From IMG/VR virus record IMGVR_UViG_3300029822_000002, positions 2,107 to 66,106 of that record: 64,000 nt of DNA. One strand, 5' to 3'. The notes below the pieces were generated by a model, which saw only the letters and a program-made list of their open reading frames with translations, was not told the origin of the DNA and searched no databases. This stretch comes from a virus. A program made the position numbers and the translations under genes. This document shows, in pieces, positions 48,291-58,211 of the stretch (positions within the stretch are counted from its first letter, which is position 1; each line of letters starts with the position of its first letter).

Positions 48291-49160
48291 AATTTTATCA
48301 ATATTATCATCATGTTTTATTCTAATTAGACGAATATTGTTATTTTGACAATATTCGTTTTTTATTTGGTCTCTTTTTTGTCTTATTTTTAATCCTTCAA
48401 TTCCACCAAATATATTTATAGGCGTTTCATGTTGTTCTCCATCAAATTCAATACATAAATTATATTCAGGTAAATAAAAATCAAATGATAATATCGATTT
48501 ATATTTACAATCTTTAAATTTTTTTTGATATTTGTATTTAATATTTTTATTATCTAATATAAATCGAATATTTCTTTCTCCTTTGCTTTCATTACATATT
48601 GGACAACCTGAACCTTTTTTATGTTCATATGGAGTTTGTTGAAAAATACCATGTTTTTTGCATATTATTTCAATTTTATTTTTCTTTGAATTTTTATATT
48701 TAACTAATGAATAATCATATTTATAACCATGTGTTTTTATACATTGATTTATAAATTCTTCTAATTTAATTTTTTTATTATGTGAACAATTAGGGCATTT
48801 AATACCATTAAGATGATGATGTGGAGTTTGTTCAAAAACACCATGAATAGGACAAATTATTTTAACCTTAGTTTTATTATTTATATAATTAACCATAGAA
48901 TAATCATAAATATTATTATGTTTAATTTTTGATTTTTTTATAAAAACATCCTTATTTAATTTATAATTACTGGCACATTTTGGACAACCATAACCACTTA
49001 AATGATCATTTGGTCTTTGTTCAAAAATACCATGATTTGGACATATAATTTTAATTTTTGTTTTAGATCTTATATAATCTGTTAAAGAATAATCATATTT
49101 ATCATTATGTATATTTTTAGATCTTTCAATAAATTCTTTAGTTGTTATTTGTTTTGGCAT
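48276..49160 (-). CDS. Endonuclease: three CP.HG.FEQ (DUF723-like) zinc repeats plus Vsr/PD-(D/E)XK-like domain
   Basis: SKGE..I, FDFYLPEYNLCIEFDGEQH; ATG 49160. Confidence 0.85.
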   Translation of the reverse strand: MPKQITTKEFIERSKNIHNDKYDYSLTDYIRSKTKIKIICPNHGIFEQRPNDHLSGYGCPKCASNYKLNKDVFIKKSKIKHNNIYDYSMVNYINNKTKVKIICPIHGVFEQTPHHHLNGIKCPNCSHNKKIKLEEFINQCIKTHGYKYDYSLVKYKNSKKNKIEIICKKHGIFQQTPYEHKKGSGCPICNESKGERNIRFILDNKNIKYKYQKKFKDCKYKSILSFDFYLPEYNLCIEFDGEQHETPINIFGGIEGLKIRQKRDQIKNEYCQNNNIRLIRIKHDDNIDKILSDI

Positions 49161-49162
49161 AA

Positions 49163-49327
49163 TCAAAGTAATAATTTTTTTAAATCTTCATCTTTAGTAT
49201 TTCTTAATAAATCTTGGTAAATAAGATGTTCAATATATTTAGATCTATTGAAGATTCGTTCTTCCATTTTGTTAAAAATAGTTTGATCTAAAGAAACCGT
49301 TAATCTTTTTTTAGTTATTTTTTTCAT
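49163..49327 (-). CDS. Ribbon-helix-helix protein (54 aa, not in ORF track)
   Basis: MKKITKKRLTVSLDQTIFNKMEERIFNRSKYIEHLIYQDL... Confidence 0.78.
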   Translation of the reverse strand: MKKITKKRLTVSLDQTIFNKMEERIFNRSKYIEHLIYQDLLRNTKDEDLKKLLL

Positions 49328-49375
49328 AATTATATATTATTTTATATTTATATATAAAATTTAAAAAGCCAAAAA

Positions 49376-49408
49376 CAATTATTTTTCAATTATTTTTCAA
49401 TTATTTTT
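49376..49408 (+). repeat. Three tandem 11-bp repeats CAATTATTTTT between divergent RHH genes
   Basis: 49376-49386, 49387-49397, 49398-49408. Confidence 0.8.
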
Positions 49409-49464
49409 ATCTTTTTTAATCTTTTTATAATAAAAATAATATAATATAAAAATCATAAAAGAAT

Positions 49465-49635
49465 ATGGCAAGAAAAAAATTACCAGAAGACGTAAAAAAG
49501 AAAGAAATATCAATAACTATAAATGAAGTAGTTAATGATAAATTAGATATTTATTTGAATAAGTTAGGTATTAATAATAAGTCTAAATATATTGAGAAAC
49601 TAATAAAAGATGATTTAAAAAATAAAAAAGACTAA
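49465..49635 (+). CDS. Ribbon-helix-helix protein (56 aa, not in ORF track)
   Basis: MARKKLPEDVKKKEISITINEVVNDKL...NKSKYIEKLIKDDL. Confidence 0.78.
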   Translation: MARKKLPEDVKKKEISITINEVVNDKLDIYLNKLGINNKSKYIEKLIKDDLKNKKD

Positions 49636-49641
49636 ATATAT

Positions 49642-49672
49642 TTTGAATATTTAAAACTTTTTACTATTTTTG
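49642..49672 (+). promoter_or_regulatory. Bacteroidota-type promoter
   Basis: TTTG 49642-49645, 19-nt spacer, TATTTTTG 49665-49672. Confidence 0.75.
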
Positions 49673-49697
49673 TACCATAATTTATAAAATAACCATA

Positions 49698-51320
49698 ATG
49701 GATCAAGAAATTAAAAATAATGAAATCGTAAAAAATACATCACAATTAATAATGAGAAAAGGAGAACATCCTAAATTTATTGATTGTACTGTGATGATGT
49801 TATCTGCTAACATTTTACCATATTATGCCGAATTTCAAACATTCTTGAATTACTATGAAACAAATAGTATTCCTACTTGTGGAGTAAATGTTTCTAAGGA
49901 GGGATGTAATTTTTATTGGAATAGAGAGTTTGTAGATAGTTTATTAGATACTGAAGCATTATTCTTATTATTACATGAAGATTTTCACCTATTATTTGAT
50001 CACACAAAAAGATCAATTATGTATAATAAGGAATTCTCTAATATTGCACAAGATATGATTATTAATCAAATCATTCATGATGAAATCATGTCTAATGATA
50101 AGAATAAAGGTAAAGTAACAATTCCAAAAAGCAGAGAAGAATTTTTAACTAAAAAAGATGGAACACCTGTTTTAGATAAAAATGGAAATCCTATTAAAAA
50201 TCCTTTCTATAATAAAAATATGGGATTATTTATTCCTGTTGAATACAAAGGAGAACATATATTCGAAAACCTTTACGAATGGTTAAAAGATAAATATGCA
50301 GAATATAAAAATAGAAAAGAAAAATTACAAAATTATAATAATAAATCACAAAGTCAAGATCAAAATCAAGAACAAAGTCAAGATAAAAGTCAAGAACAAA
50401 AAGGCGGACAAAGTGGTAACAGTAAACAAAAAGGAGGAAAAGGCAAAGGGGAAAACGATGATCTTGGTCAATGTGGACAACAACCAGGTGATCAAGAATT
50501 TGACCAGAATGGTGATAAAGGTGACGTAGATCAAACAAAAGATAGTTTTGGTAAAGATAGAATAGGTAACTATGGACAAAATAATATAGAATGTCAATCT
50601 TTAGATTCAATATTTGATTCTATGGAAAGAGGAGAAAAAACTACATTGGATAGTCATATAGATGATGATGTACCAGAGGATGCTAGAAAATCTATGGTTA
50701 ATGATTTCATGCAAAGACTTAAAAACAGAGGTCTTGTTACATCAGATGTTGAGAAAATTCTTAATAAATTAAGAAAATCAAAACATGATTATCTTAAAGA
50801 AATTAAAAGAACTATATCCCATCATGTATTTGGTACAACTAAGAGAAAATCTATTACTAAACCAAACAGAAGAGGAATTGAGGGCATAAAAGGGAAAAAG
50901 AAATTTAAAAATGTTATAAATTGTGTCTTGGATACATCAGGATCAATGAGTGGTGATTTTGAATCAGTTTTATCATACGTATTCCAAAACGATATTCATA
51001 TAAATCTTATTCAAATTGATACACAAGTTAAAGCAGTAGAGGGCATTAAAACAAAAAAAGATTTGGAAAAATTAGTAATAAAGGGATTAGGTGGAACTAC
51101 ATTGCAACCTGCTTTGGATTATATTAGTGAACCTAAAAACAAACTATTTTCGTATAATACTGTTATGTTAACTGACGGTGAATGTGATCATTTAGATTTT
51201 TCAATGATAAAAGGTAAAACTCTTATATTGACTACTAGAACAGCACCTAGAATAAATGATCCTAAGGGAATTGTTAAAATAATTGAAATTGATGTTGAAA
51301 ACTCATTACATAGTAATTAA
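49698..51320 (+). CDS. Zincin-like metallopeptidase plus VWA domain protein (DUF2201-type)
   Basis: LLLHEDFHLL..H, NIAQD..IN, Q/G/D-rich linker, VLDTSGSMS, GLGGT, LTDG (MIDAS). Confidence 0.88.
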   Translation: MDQEIKNNEIVKNTSQLIMRKGEHPKFIDCTVMMLSANILPYYAEFQTFLNYYETNSIPTCGVNVSKEGCNFYWNREFVDSLLDTEALFLLLHEDFHLLFDHTKRSIMYNKEFSNIAQDMIINQIIHDEIMSNDKNKGKVTIPKSREEFLTKKDGTPVLDKNGNPIKNPFYNKNMGLFIPVEYKGEHIFENLYEWLKDKYAEYKNRKEKLQNYNNKSQSQDQNQEQSQDKSQEQKGGQSGNSKQKGGKGKGENDDLGQCGQQPGDQEFDQNGDKGDVDQTKDSFGKDRIGNYGQNNIECQSLDSIFDSMERGEKTTLDSHIDDDVPEDARKSMVNDFMQRLKNRGLVTSDVEKILNKLRKSKHDYLKEIKRTISHHVFGTTKRKSITKPNRRGIEGIKGKKKFKNVINCVLDTSGSMSGDFESVLSYVFQNDIHINLIQIDTQVKAVEGIKTKKDLEKLVIKGLGGTTLQPALDYISEPKNKLFSYNTVMLTDGECDHLDFSMIKGKTLILTTRTAPRINDPKGIVKIIEIDVENSLHSN

Positions 51321-51343
51321 AATAAAAATAAAATTGAAAAATT

Positions 51344-51604
51344 ATGATTGAAAAAGTTAAAAATTTTGACTATTTGAATGCATCAGATGCACAAGTCGAA
51401 GAACTATTAAATGAAATGGTAGAATTACCAAAAGACGAACTAAAAGAAGTTGTTAATAACATAGTAGATACTATTGATTATAAATTTACTTCAGATGATA
51501 CAGAAGAAAAATTACCAAATTCATATGAAGTTATTTTTAATAATCCTATTATTAAAGATATTCTTGAAGAATTATTAAAAGATTATGAACAAACTGTTGA
51601 TTAA
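51344..51604 (+). CDS. Acidic hypothetical protein
   Basis: ORF between VWA and AAA genes. Confidence 0.65.
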   Translation: MIEKVKNFDYLNASDAQVEELLNEMVELPKDELKEVVNNIVDTIDYKFTSDDTEEKLPNSYEVIFNNPIIKDILEELLKDYEQTVD

Positions 51605-51652
51605 TTAAAAAATTATTTATATATTTGTAATCAAATTTAAAATTTAAATATT

Positions 51653-52837
51653 ATGATGTTTTTAAAAGTAGACGAAGAAAAATTTAATACCTTAACTGCT
51701 AAACAGAAAAAGTATTTCAGAATAATGTATGGTCAATCTGGAGTATTATTCATTACAGCAGAACCAGGTGTAGCAAAATCAGCAATTATGAGAACCATTG
51801 CTAAAAAATTAGGTTTTCAATACTTTGATGTTCGTCTTTCAATGGTAGATGAAATTGATGTTGGTCTTTTCCCATATAGAGAAGAAATGGAAATTGATTT
51901 AAATGATCATACTGGCGAGAGTGTTAGAAAAATTATTAGCGTTATGTCATACGCTATCCCTAAATGGGCATATATGGCAAATCAATCACCAACAATTATT
52001 CACTTCGAAGAATTAAACAGAGCACCCCTTGCTGTTAGAAACGCTGCTCTTCAAATTCTTTTAGAAAGATCAATTGGCGTAGATTTCAAATTTAATGATA
52101 ATGTGTACATGGTGTCATCTGGTAACTTAGGTGAAATGGATGGTACAGATGTTGAAGAATTCGACAGAGCTCTTAATAACCGACTTATCCATATGCAACA
52201 CACATTAACATTACCAGAATGGATAGATGATTTCGCTAACGAAAATGTCCATCCAGTTATTATTAACTTCTTAAAGAGTAATGAAGAACATTTCCTACAT
52301 AGTTTCGATGATAAAAGATCAAAAACTCAAAATGCTTACGCTACACCACGTTCTTGGACATTTTTAAGCGATTATATCGTTAGAAATTACGGAATGGAAT
52401 CTAGTATCAGAGATTTTATCGATGATGTTAGAGAATTGGGAGCAGGTTATGTTGGAACTGGTGCAAATTCTAGATTCATTAGATACTTAGATGAGAGCTT
52501 GAAATTTGGTATAAAAGACTTACTAGAAAGGTATGATGAACTAAAAGAACAAATCGAATCTCTAAACAGAGATAAAAAATCTGAACTATTAAATTCATTA
52601 AAACAAATGAATATAATGGGATTAAAAGATTATCAAAGAGAAAATGTTAAAAAATTCATTCTTTCTATTTCAGATGACGAGGCAGTGTCTTTTATTCTAA
52701 AAATATTAGATGATGACTACAAATATATGAAAGTAAATGATGATGATAATGATGTTGTAGAAGAATTTTTATCAGATGAAAGATTTGAAAAATTCTACAA
52801 TGCAATTTTAGAACATGTACCTAAAATTGACGAATAA
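51653..52837 (+). CDS. MoxR-like AAA+ ATPase
   Basis: AEPGVAKS (Walker A), IHFEELNRA (Walker B), SSGN, DRAL.NR, TPRSW. Confidence 0.9.
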   Translation: MMFLKVDEEKFNTLTAKQKKYFRIMYGQSGVLFITAEPGVAKSAIMRTIAKKLGFQYFDVRLSMVDEIDVGLFPYREEMEIDLNDHTGESVRKIISVMSYAIPKWAYMANQSPTIIHFEELNRAPLAVRNAALQILLERSIGVDFKFNDNVYMVSSGNLGEMDGTDVEEFDRALNNRLIHMQHTLTLPEWIDDFANENVHPVIINFLKSNEEHFLHSFDDKRSKTQNAYATPRSWTFLSDYIVRNYGMESSIRDFIDDVRELGAGYVGTGANSRFIRYLDESLKFGIKDLLERYDELKEQIESLNRDKKSELLNSLKQMNIMGLKDYQRENVKKFILSISDDEAVSFILKILDDDYKYMKVNDDDNDVVEEFLSDERFEKFYNAILEHVPKIDE

Positions 52838-52840
52838 AGG

Positions 52841-52872
52841 AAAAACCGAAGTTTTAAAACTTCGGTTTTTTT
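52841..52872 (+). terminator. Intrinsic terminator
   Basis: AAAAACCGAAG-TTTTAAAA-CTTCGGTTTTT. Confidence 0.85.
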
Positions 52873-52885
52873 TATATATATAAAT

Positions 52886-54169
52886 ATGAGTAAAAAAAGA
52901 ACAATTGATCAATTAAAAAAATGTTGTAATAAAGTTCATAATAATTATTATGACTACTCTTTAATTGATTATATTAATAATAACACAAAAATTAAAATTA
53001 TATGTCCAATTCACGGCGTTTTTGAACAATTACCATCACATCATATTAGAGGATCAAAATGCCCAAAATGTAGTATCTTAAAAAGAATTATTACAAATGA
53101 AGATTTTATAAAAAAATCAATATTAATTCATAATAATTATTATGATTATTCTTTAGTTAATTATAAAAATTCACATATTAAAGTAAAAATAATTTGTCCT
53201 GTACATGGTATGTTTGAACAAAGACCATATGCTCATTTAAAAGGTAATGGTTGTCCATCATGTCATATCGATAAATTAAGATATAATAATGATAAATTTA
53301 TAAATAAATCATTAATTATTCATAATAATTATTATGATTATTCTATGGTTAATTATATAAATAATAAAACTAAGGTTAAAATAATTTGTCCTATTCATGG
53401 TGTTTTTGAACAAAGACCATATGCTCATTTAAATGGTCAAAAATGTCCAAAATGTCAAGATACAAAGAAATCTGAAAAAGAATTTAAAAGATTATCAAAT
53501 ATTAAACATAATAATTATTATAACTATTCTTTAGTTAATTACATTAATAATAAAACTAAAGTTAAAATAATTTGTCCAAAACACGGTGTTTTTGAACAAA
53601 GACCAGATGACCATTTAAAAGGGCACGGTTGCATTAAATGTAGTGGTAAATTAAAAAATAATTTAAATGATATTATAAAAAAATCAAATGATGTTCATAA
53701 TAATTTTTATTCTTATAATAAATCAATTTATATTAATAATTCAACAAAAATGATAGTAACTTGTCCAATACACGGTGATTTTAACGTAACACCAAATAAT
53801 CATATAAGCAAAAAAAGTGGTTGTCCGAAATGTAAAGAATCTATAGGAGAAAGAAAAATAAGAATATTTTTAGAAGATAATAATATAAAATATATCAATC
53901 AAAAAAGATTCAAAGATTGTAAATATAAACTACCATTACCTTTCGATTTTTATTTAACAGATTATAATATTTGTATTGAATATGATGGTATTCAACATTT
54001 TAAATCTTTAAAAGTTTTTGGTGGTGATAAAAGATTAAATGAACAAAAAACAAAAGATAAAATAAAAAATGAATATTGCTCAAATAACAATATTGAATTA
54101 ATTAGAATAACATACAAGGATGATATTAATTTCCAATTAAATAAAATTAAAAAAGGACTAAAATATTAG
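52886..54169 (+). CDS. Endonuclease: five CP.HG zinc repeats plus Vsr/PD-(D/E)XK-like domain, paralog of 48276
   Basis: SIGE..I, FDFYLTDYNICIEYDGIQH. Confidence 0.85.
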   Translation: MSKKRTIDQLKKCCNKVHNNYYDYSLIDYINNNTKIKIICPIHGVFEQLPSHHIRGSKCPKCSILKRIITNEDFIKKSILIHNNYYDYSLVNYKNSHIKVKIICPVHGMFEQRPYAHLKGNGCPSCHIDKLRYNNDKFINKSLIIHNNYYDYSMVNYINNKTKVKIICPIHGVFEQRPYAHLNGQKCPKCQDTKKSEKEFKRLSNIKHNNYYNYSLVNYINNKTKVKIICPKHGVFEQRPDDHLKGHGCIKCSGKLKNNLNDIIKKSNDVHNNFYSYNKSIYINNSTKMIVTCPIHGDFNVTPNNHISKKSGCPKCKESIGERKIRIFLEDNNIKYINQKRFKDCKYKLPLPFDFYLTDYNICIEYDGIQHFKSLKVFGGDKRLNEQKTKDKIKNEYCSNNNIELIRITYKDDINFQLNKIKKGLKY

Positions 54170-55626
54170 TCCTTTAATTTCCAATTATTATTACTGTCTT
54201 TTGTCACTAGTCCTATATCATAGTATTCTTCTCCCACTTTAGCAAATGTTTCATTTTCATTTACTTTATGATCTAAAATACTACTTGTTTTATTTTTATC
54301 TAAATATACTTTTCTTGCACTTGTTTTAAATATCCAAGTATTATGATAATCTGACCATATACATTTTTCTTCTGGGAAATATTTATCTATCTTATTACTT
54401 ATTACAGAATGTACAATACCTTGATAACCAGGTATTGCATATACTTCACTACCTAAACCAGTATTATAAACTCTTAATGCTTCATATCTTAATACCCAAT
54501 CTTCTCCTAATTCACAATATACTGCATCTCTTCTCATTATATCATCGCCATGATAATCACTATAAACAGTATCATAATCATCATCTAGATAATCATAATC
54601 ACCACCTGTACTAGTTAATAAATATTTACATCCTGTCTCTCTATTACTTAACAATCCAGTATCAGGATTATGATAAACCAATGTATCTAAATATGGATAT
54701 TTATTGTGATGTTCTGGTTTTAAATATACTTTTAGTATAATATTTGAATTTATTTCAGTTCTAGGATCAGCAATTTCTCCACTTTGTTGATAGCCTTGTA
54801 TTGATCTAAATAACCAATCTTTTGATTTAGCGTATTCTATAAATATTTTTTCATCTGAATAGTCATTTGTATATATTCTATCCATATAAAATCTATCATT
54901 AGGTTCATCTAATTTCCATACTAATGATCTACCTTTTATTTTTGTTTTTGTTTCATCTGAGTAGTATATTAATAATTGTACTTTATCATCATTATTAGTA
55001 TAAAGTGTAAAATATGATTCACCGTGTCTTGACATACAAGAACCACCTAATGATCCATTATTTCTGTCTAAATAATTATCACAATAATACCATTTTGCAA
55101 TATCTGTTCCACTTACTAAATCAAACATTTTAAATTTTTCTTCCTTATTAGACATTACTTTATACATATTAACAAATGACTCAACATCATTAATTTTATA
55201 TTGTTTATATCTTGATGATGATTGAAACTCACCTGGAAATAAGGTATTTATAAATCTTCCTATTTTCATAGAACCTCTATATCTTTTGTATAAAGGATTA
55301 TCTATTTTTATTTCATCTCTTAATTTCTTTTTAAATTCTATATTAGAATCAAGTTCTTCTTCATCATCAATTTCCAATAAATCACCAGCTTTATTAGCCA
55401 ATATAAATGATATTGAATCATCTGTACCATCTTTAATATCTATAAATGTATGTTTAGTCTTAAAATCTAAATCATTATGTGATTTTAATAGTTTATCTGA
55501 TATATCACTGTATATTGATTTTAATATATCAATTAATCTATCAGATAAAACAAATTTCATTTCTCTTATTGATTCTACTAACATTTTTTCTACTATATAA
55601 TCATTATAACTGGTTATTAATTTCAT
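54166..55626 (-). CDS. 'MDRIY/YPYLDT' family protein, paralog 2, CTS-like leader
   Basis: MKLITSYNDYIVE; LGGSCM, GRSLVW, YMDRIY, YPYLDT. Confidence 0.8.
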   Translation of the reverse strand: MKLITSYNDYIVEKMLVESIREMKFVLSDRLIDILKSIYSDISDKLLKSHNDLDFKTKHTFIDIKDGTDDSISFILANKAGDLLEIDDEEELDSNIEFKKKLRDEIKIDNPLYKRYRGSMKIGRFINTLFPGEFQSSSRYKQYKINDVESFVNMYKVMSNKEEKFKMFDLVSGTDIAKWYYCDNYLDRNNGSLGGSCMSRHGESYFTLYTNNDDKVQLLIYYSDETKTKIKGRSLVWKLDEPNDRFYMDRIYTNDYSDEKIFIEYAKSKDWLFRSIQGYQQSGEIADPRTEINSNIILKVYLKPEHHNKYPYLDTLVYHNPDTGLLSNRETGCKYLLTSTGGDYDYLDDDYDTVYSDYHGDDIMRRDAVYCELGEDWVLRYEALRVYNTGLGSEVYAIPGYQGIVHSVISNKIDKYFPEEKCIWSDYHNTWIFKTSARKVYLDKNKTSSILDHKVNENETFAKVGEEYYDIGLVTKDSNNNWKLKD

Positions 55627-55659
55627 TTAATCTCTTATTTTTTTTAAAATCTAATAATT

Positions 55660-56850
55660 TTAAACACTACCATATCCACCACCATCACTTGTTAACCTAA
55701 TAAATCTATCATCATCGTTATTTTTATCTCTATTTTCAATGTTATATTTTTGAGCATAATCATTATCATTAGTTATTTCACCTGTTACTTGATTATAAAA
55801 TGACATTGTATCTAAATATGGATATCTACCATATTTTTGTGGTTGTAATTTAACCAACATATCTATTTTAGATACTGTATCATTTTCAGGATCATAAATT
55901 TTAACATCATATCCCATTGATTGTGAACTCTTATATAACCAACCTTTTCTTTTTGCATATTCAATAAACATATATTCATCAGAATCATTTGCAGTATAAA
56001 TTCTATCCATAAAATATCTACCTTCTGGTTCATCTAGTTTCCAAACTAATGCTCTACCGATAATTTTATCTCTTATATCTTCTGGAAATAGTATTAACAT
56101 TTGAACTTTATTATCATTATTACAATATAGATCAAAATATTTAGATTTTTCTGAATATTTCATACATGATCCACCTAAAGTTCCTGTACTTTTAAAATAA
56201 TTTTGACAATCATACCAATGTCTAATATCCTCCCCTTTAACTATTATAAATTTTTTAGAGTTTTCTTCTACTGTTGCAATGAACATATTTACAAATGATT
56301 CAACATCATCTGGTTTTTCTTTCTTAACAGCATCTGTTCTTTTAACATTTGCTGGAAATTTATTACCAAATATTCTATTAATAAATCTACCTATTTTAAT
56401 TTCAGATCTAAATTTTGTCCAAACTGGATGTTCTTTTGATTTAAATTGAGGATCAAATAAATCTATCATTTGTTCATCATCAGTAATCCAAGGATTCTTA
56501 TAACTAGGTATATAATCATAATAACCCCCTTTAAATTCTTTATCAGTTGTATTTACATCTCTTATATAATGACCGTGTACTAAATCTGGTTCTATTAACT
56601 CAGGAACCTTGTTTGCCTGTATAAAAGAAACCATATCTGATTCTGAACCTAAATCAACAAATGTTATTTTAAATTTTGGTTCACTATCTATATGTAATTC
56701 TAATAGTTCATCTGCGATTTTATGATTCATCTGTTTTAACATTTTAATCATTTTTGGAGATAGTATTAACTCCAATTCTTTAATTTTAAGATTCATATTC
56801 TCTAAAATTTTATCGGTTAAGTAATCTTGAAAACTTTGTAATTTTTTCAT
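55660..56850 (-). CDS. 'MDRIY/YPYLDT' family protein, paralog 3, CTS-like leader
   Basis: MKKLQSFQDYL; LGGSCM, GRALVW, FMDRIY, YPYLDT. Confidence 0.8.
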   Translation of the reverse strand: MKKLQSFQDYLTDKILENMNLKIKELELILSPKMIKMLKQMNHKIADELLELHIDSEPKFKITFVDLGSESDMVSFIQANKVPELIEPDLVHGHYIRDVNTTDKEFKGGYYDYIPSYKNPWITDDEQMIDLFDPQFKSKEHPVWTKFRSEIKIGRFINRIFGNKFPANVKRTDAVKKEKPDDVESFVNMFIATVEENSKKFIIVKGEDIRHWYDCQNYFKSTGTLGGSCMKYSEKSKYFDLYCNNDNKVQMLILFPEDIRDKIIGRALVWKLDEPEGRYFMDRIYTANDSDEYMFIEYAKRKGWLYKSSQSMGYDVKIYDPENDTVSKIDMLVKLQPQKYGRYPYLDTMSFYNQVTGEITNDNDYAQKYNIENRDKNNDDDRFIRLTSDGGGYGSV

Positions 56851-57023
56851 TGCAAAAGTATATTATTTTTTTTAAATACAAAATATTTTAATGTTAAATT
56901 ATATATTAATTTTTTAACACCATTTTTATTATATATAAAATATTATTTTTATTTTTTGTATATTTTTATTATTTTTGTAAAAATTTTAATTAATCTATAA
57001 TATCATATTTTTTATATGAAAAA

Positions 57024-57055
57024 TTTGGATATTATATTTTTTATTATTACTTTTG
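57024..57055 (+). promoter_or_regulatory. Bacteroidota-type promoter
   Basis: TTTG 57024-57027, 20-nt spacer, TACTTTTG 57048-57055. Confidence 0.75.
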
Positions 57056-57080
57056 TGAATTAATTGTAAATTATAATAAA

Positions 57081-58211
57081 ATGATAGATATTAAAAGTAC
57101 ATTTTTAAAACTAACCAGTAAACGGCACCCTTACAGAACTGAAAACGAGGTAATTGAAATGTTACCTGAATTTACATTTGAAAAAGATGATGTTGGTAAC
57201 TATTATATAATAGTTAAAAAAACAGATGGTACATTTTCAAATACAATGTTTACAAGTCACTTAGATACAATTGATATAGGATCATATTCATATAGTAGTA
57301 TTGATTATTCAAATAGAAAATGGAATATAGATACAAAACAATGGGATATAATTGATCCAGAAAAAGAAAAGAAAAGAGAACAAAACAAAAAAGTTGATGA
57401 TAAATCTATTACTCATGTATTTGATGGTGATTTTATAAAAACTGACGGTGAATCAAATTTAGGTGCTGATGATAAAGCTGGTGTAACTATTATGCTTAAT
57501 ATGATTAGTGAAAATGTTCCAGGTTTATATTATTTTTTCATTGGTGAAGAAAGTGGATGTATTGGTTCTAGTTCACAATCAAGAGTTTTTGATAAATTTT
57601 TAGAAAAGGTAGGTATACCAGAAATTAAAAAATGTATATCGTTTGATAGAAAAGGTTATGATTCTATTATCACATCTCAAATGGGTGGTGATTGTGCATC
57701 TGATACATTTGCTAATGAATTATCTAATAGATTAAATGAATATGGTTTTTGGTTTAAACCTGATAATACAGGTGTTTATACTGATTCTGCAGAATTTATG
57801 GATATTATAGATGAATGTACAAATATATCTTGTGGATATTTCAGTGAACATACTACATCAGAAAAACAAGATATTGAATTTCTTGAACTTTTATCTATAG
57901 TTTGTACCAAAATAGATTGGGAAACACTACCAATTGAAAGAAAGTGTGATAATATAGCATATAAAGGTAAAAAATCTACATATAATACTAATAGGTATAA
58001 TTATGGTGGGTATCATAATGGATATTATGGACATGGATTTAATAATTATTGGGACAGTGATGAATATTTTTATAGTAGAAATAGTACTACTACAAATAAT
58101 AATAAATCTATTAGTAAACCAATAACAGAAAATGATTTATCTAAAAGTATAAATGATTTTGATTTTGATAAATGGTATAATGAACAAAAAGAAAAAACAC
58201 TAGTAAAGTAA
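57081..58211 (+). CDS. M28/M20-like Zn-dependent peptidase or amidohydrolase
   Basis: SHLDT, LGADDKAG, GEESG.IGS, ISFDRKG, YTDSAEF, NISCGY..EHT..E. Confidence 0.85.
   Translation: MIDIKSTFLKLTSKRHPYRTENEVIEMLPEFTFEKDDVGNYYIIVKKTDGTFSNTMFTSHLDTIDIGSYSYSSIDYSNRKWNIDTKQWDIIDPEKEKKREQNKKVDDKSITHVFDGDFIKTDGESNLGADDKAGVTIMLNMISENVPGLYYFFIGEESGCIGSSSQSRVFDKFLEKVGIPEIKKCISFDRKGYDSIITSQMGGDCASDTFANELSNRLNEYGFWFKPDNTGVYTDSAEFMDIIDECTNISCGYFSEHTTSEKQDIEFLELLSIVCTKIDWETLPIERKCDNIAYKGKKSTYNTNRYNYGGYHNGYYGHGFNNYWDSDEYFYSRNSTTTNNNKSISKPITENDLSKSINDFDFDKWYNEQKEKTLVK

Noticed and set aside
4891-55700. Many antisense or overlapping ORF-track entries (e.g. 4891, 10502, 15520, 15779, 17541, 23887, 27411, 30288, 31633, 32706, 33030, 33920, 35030, 35645, 36680, 37009, 37562, 37609, 37618, 39383, 40674, 43420, 44725, 46676, 47675, 48119, 50230, 50296, 50346, 55286, 55479, and 58582)
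   Set aside because: Shadow frames inside well-supported genes; low-complexity or biased composition and no motifs
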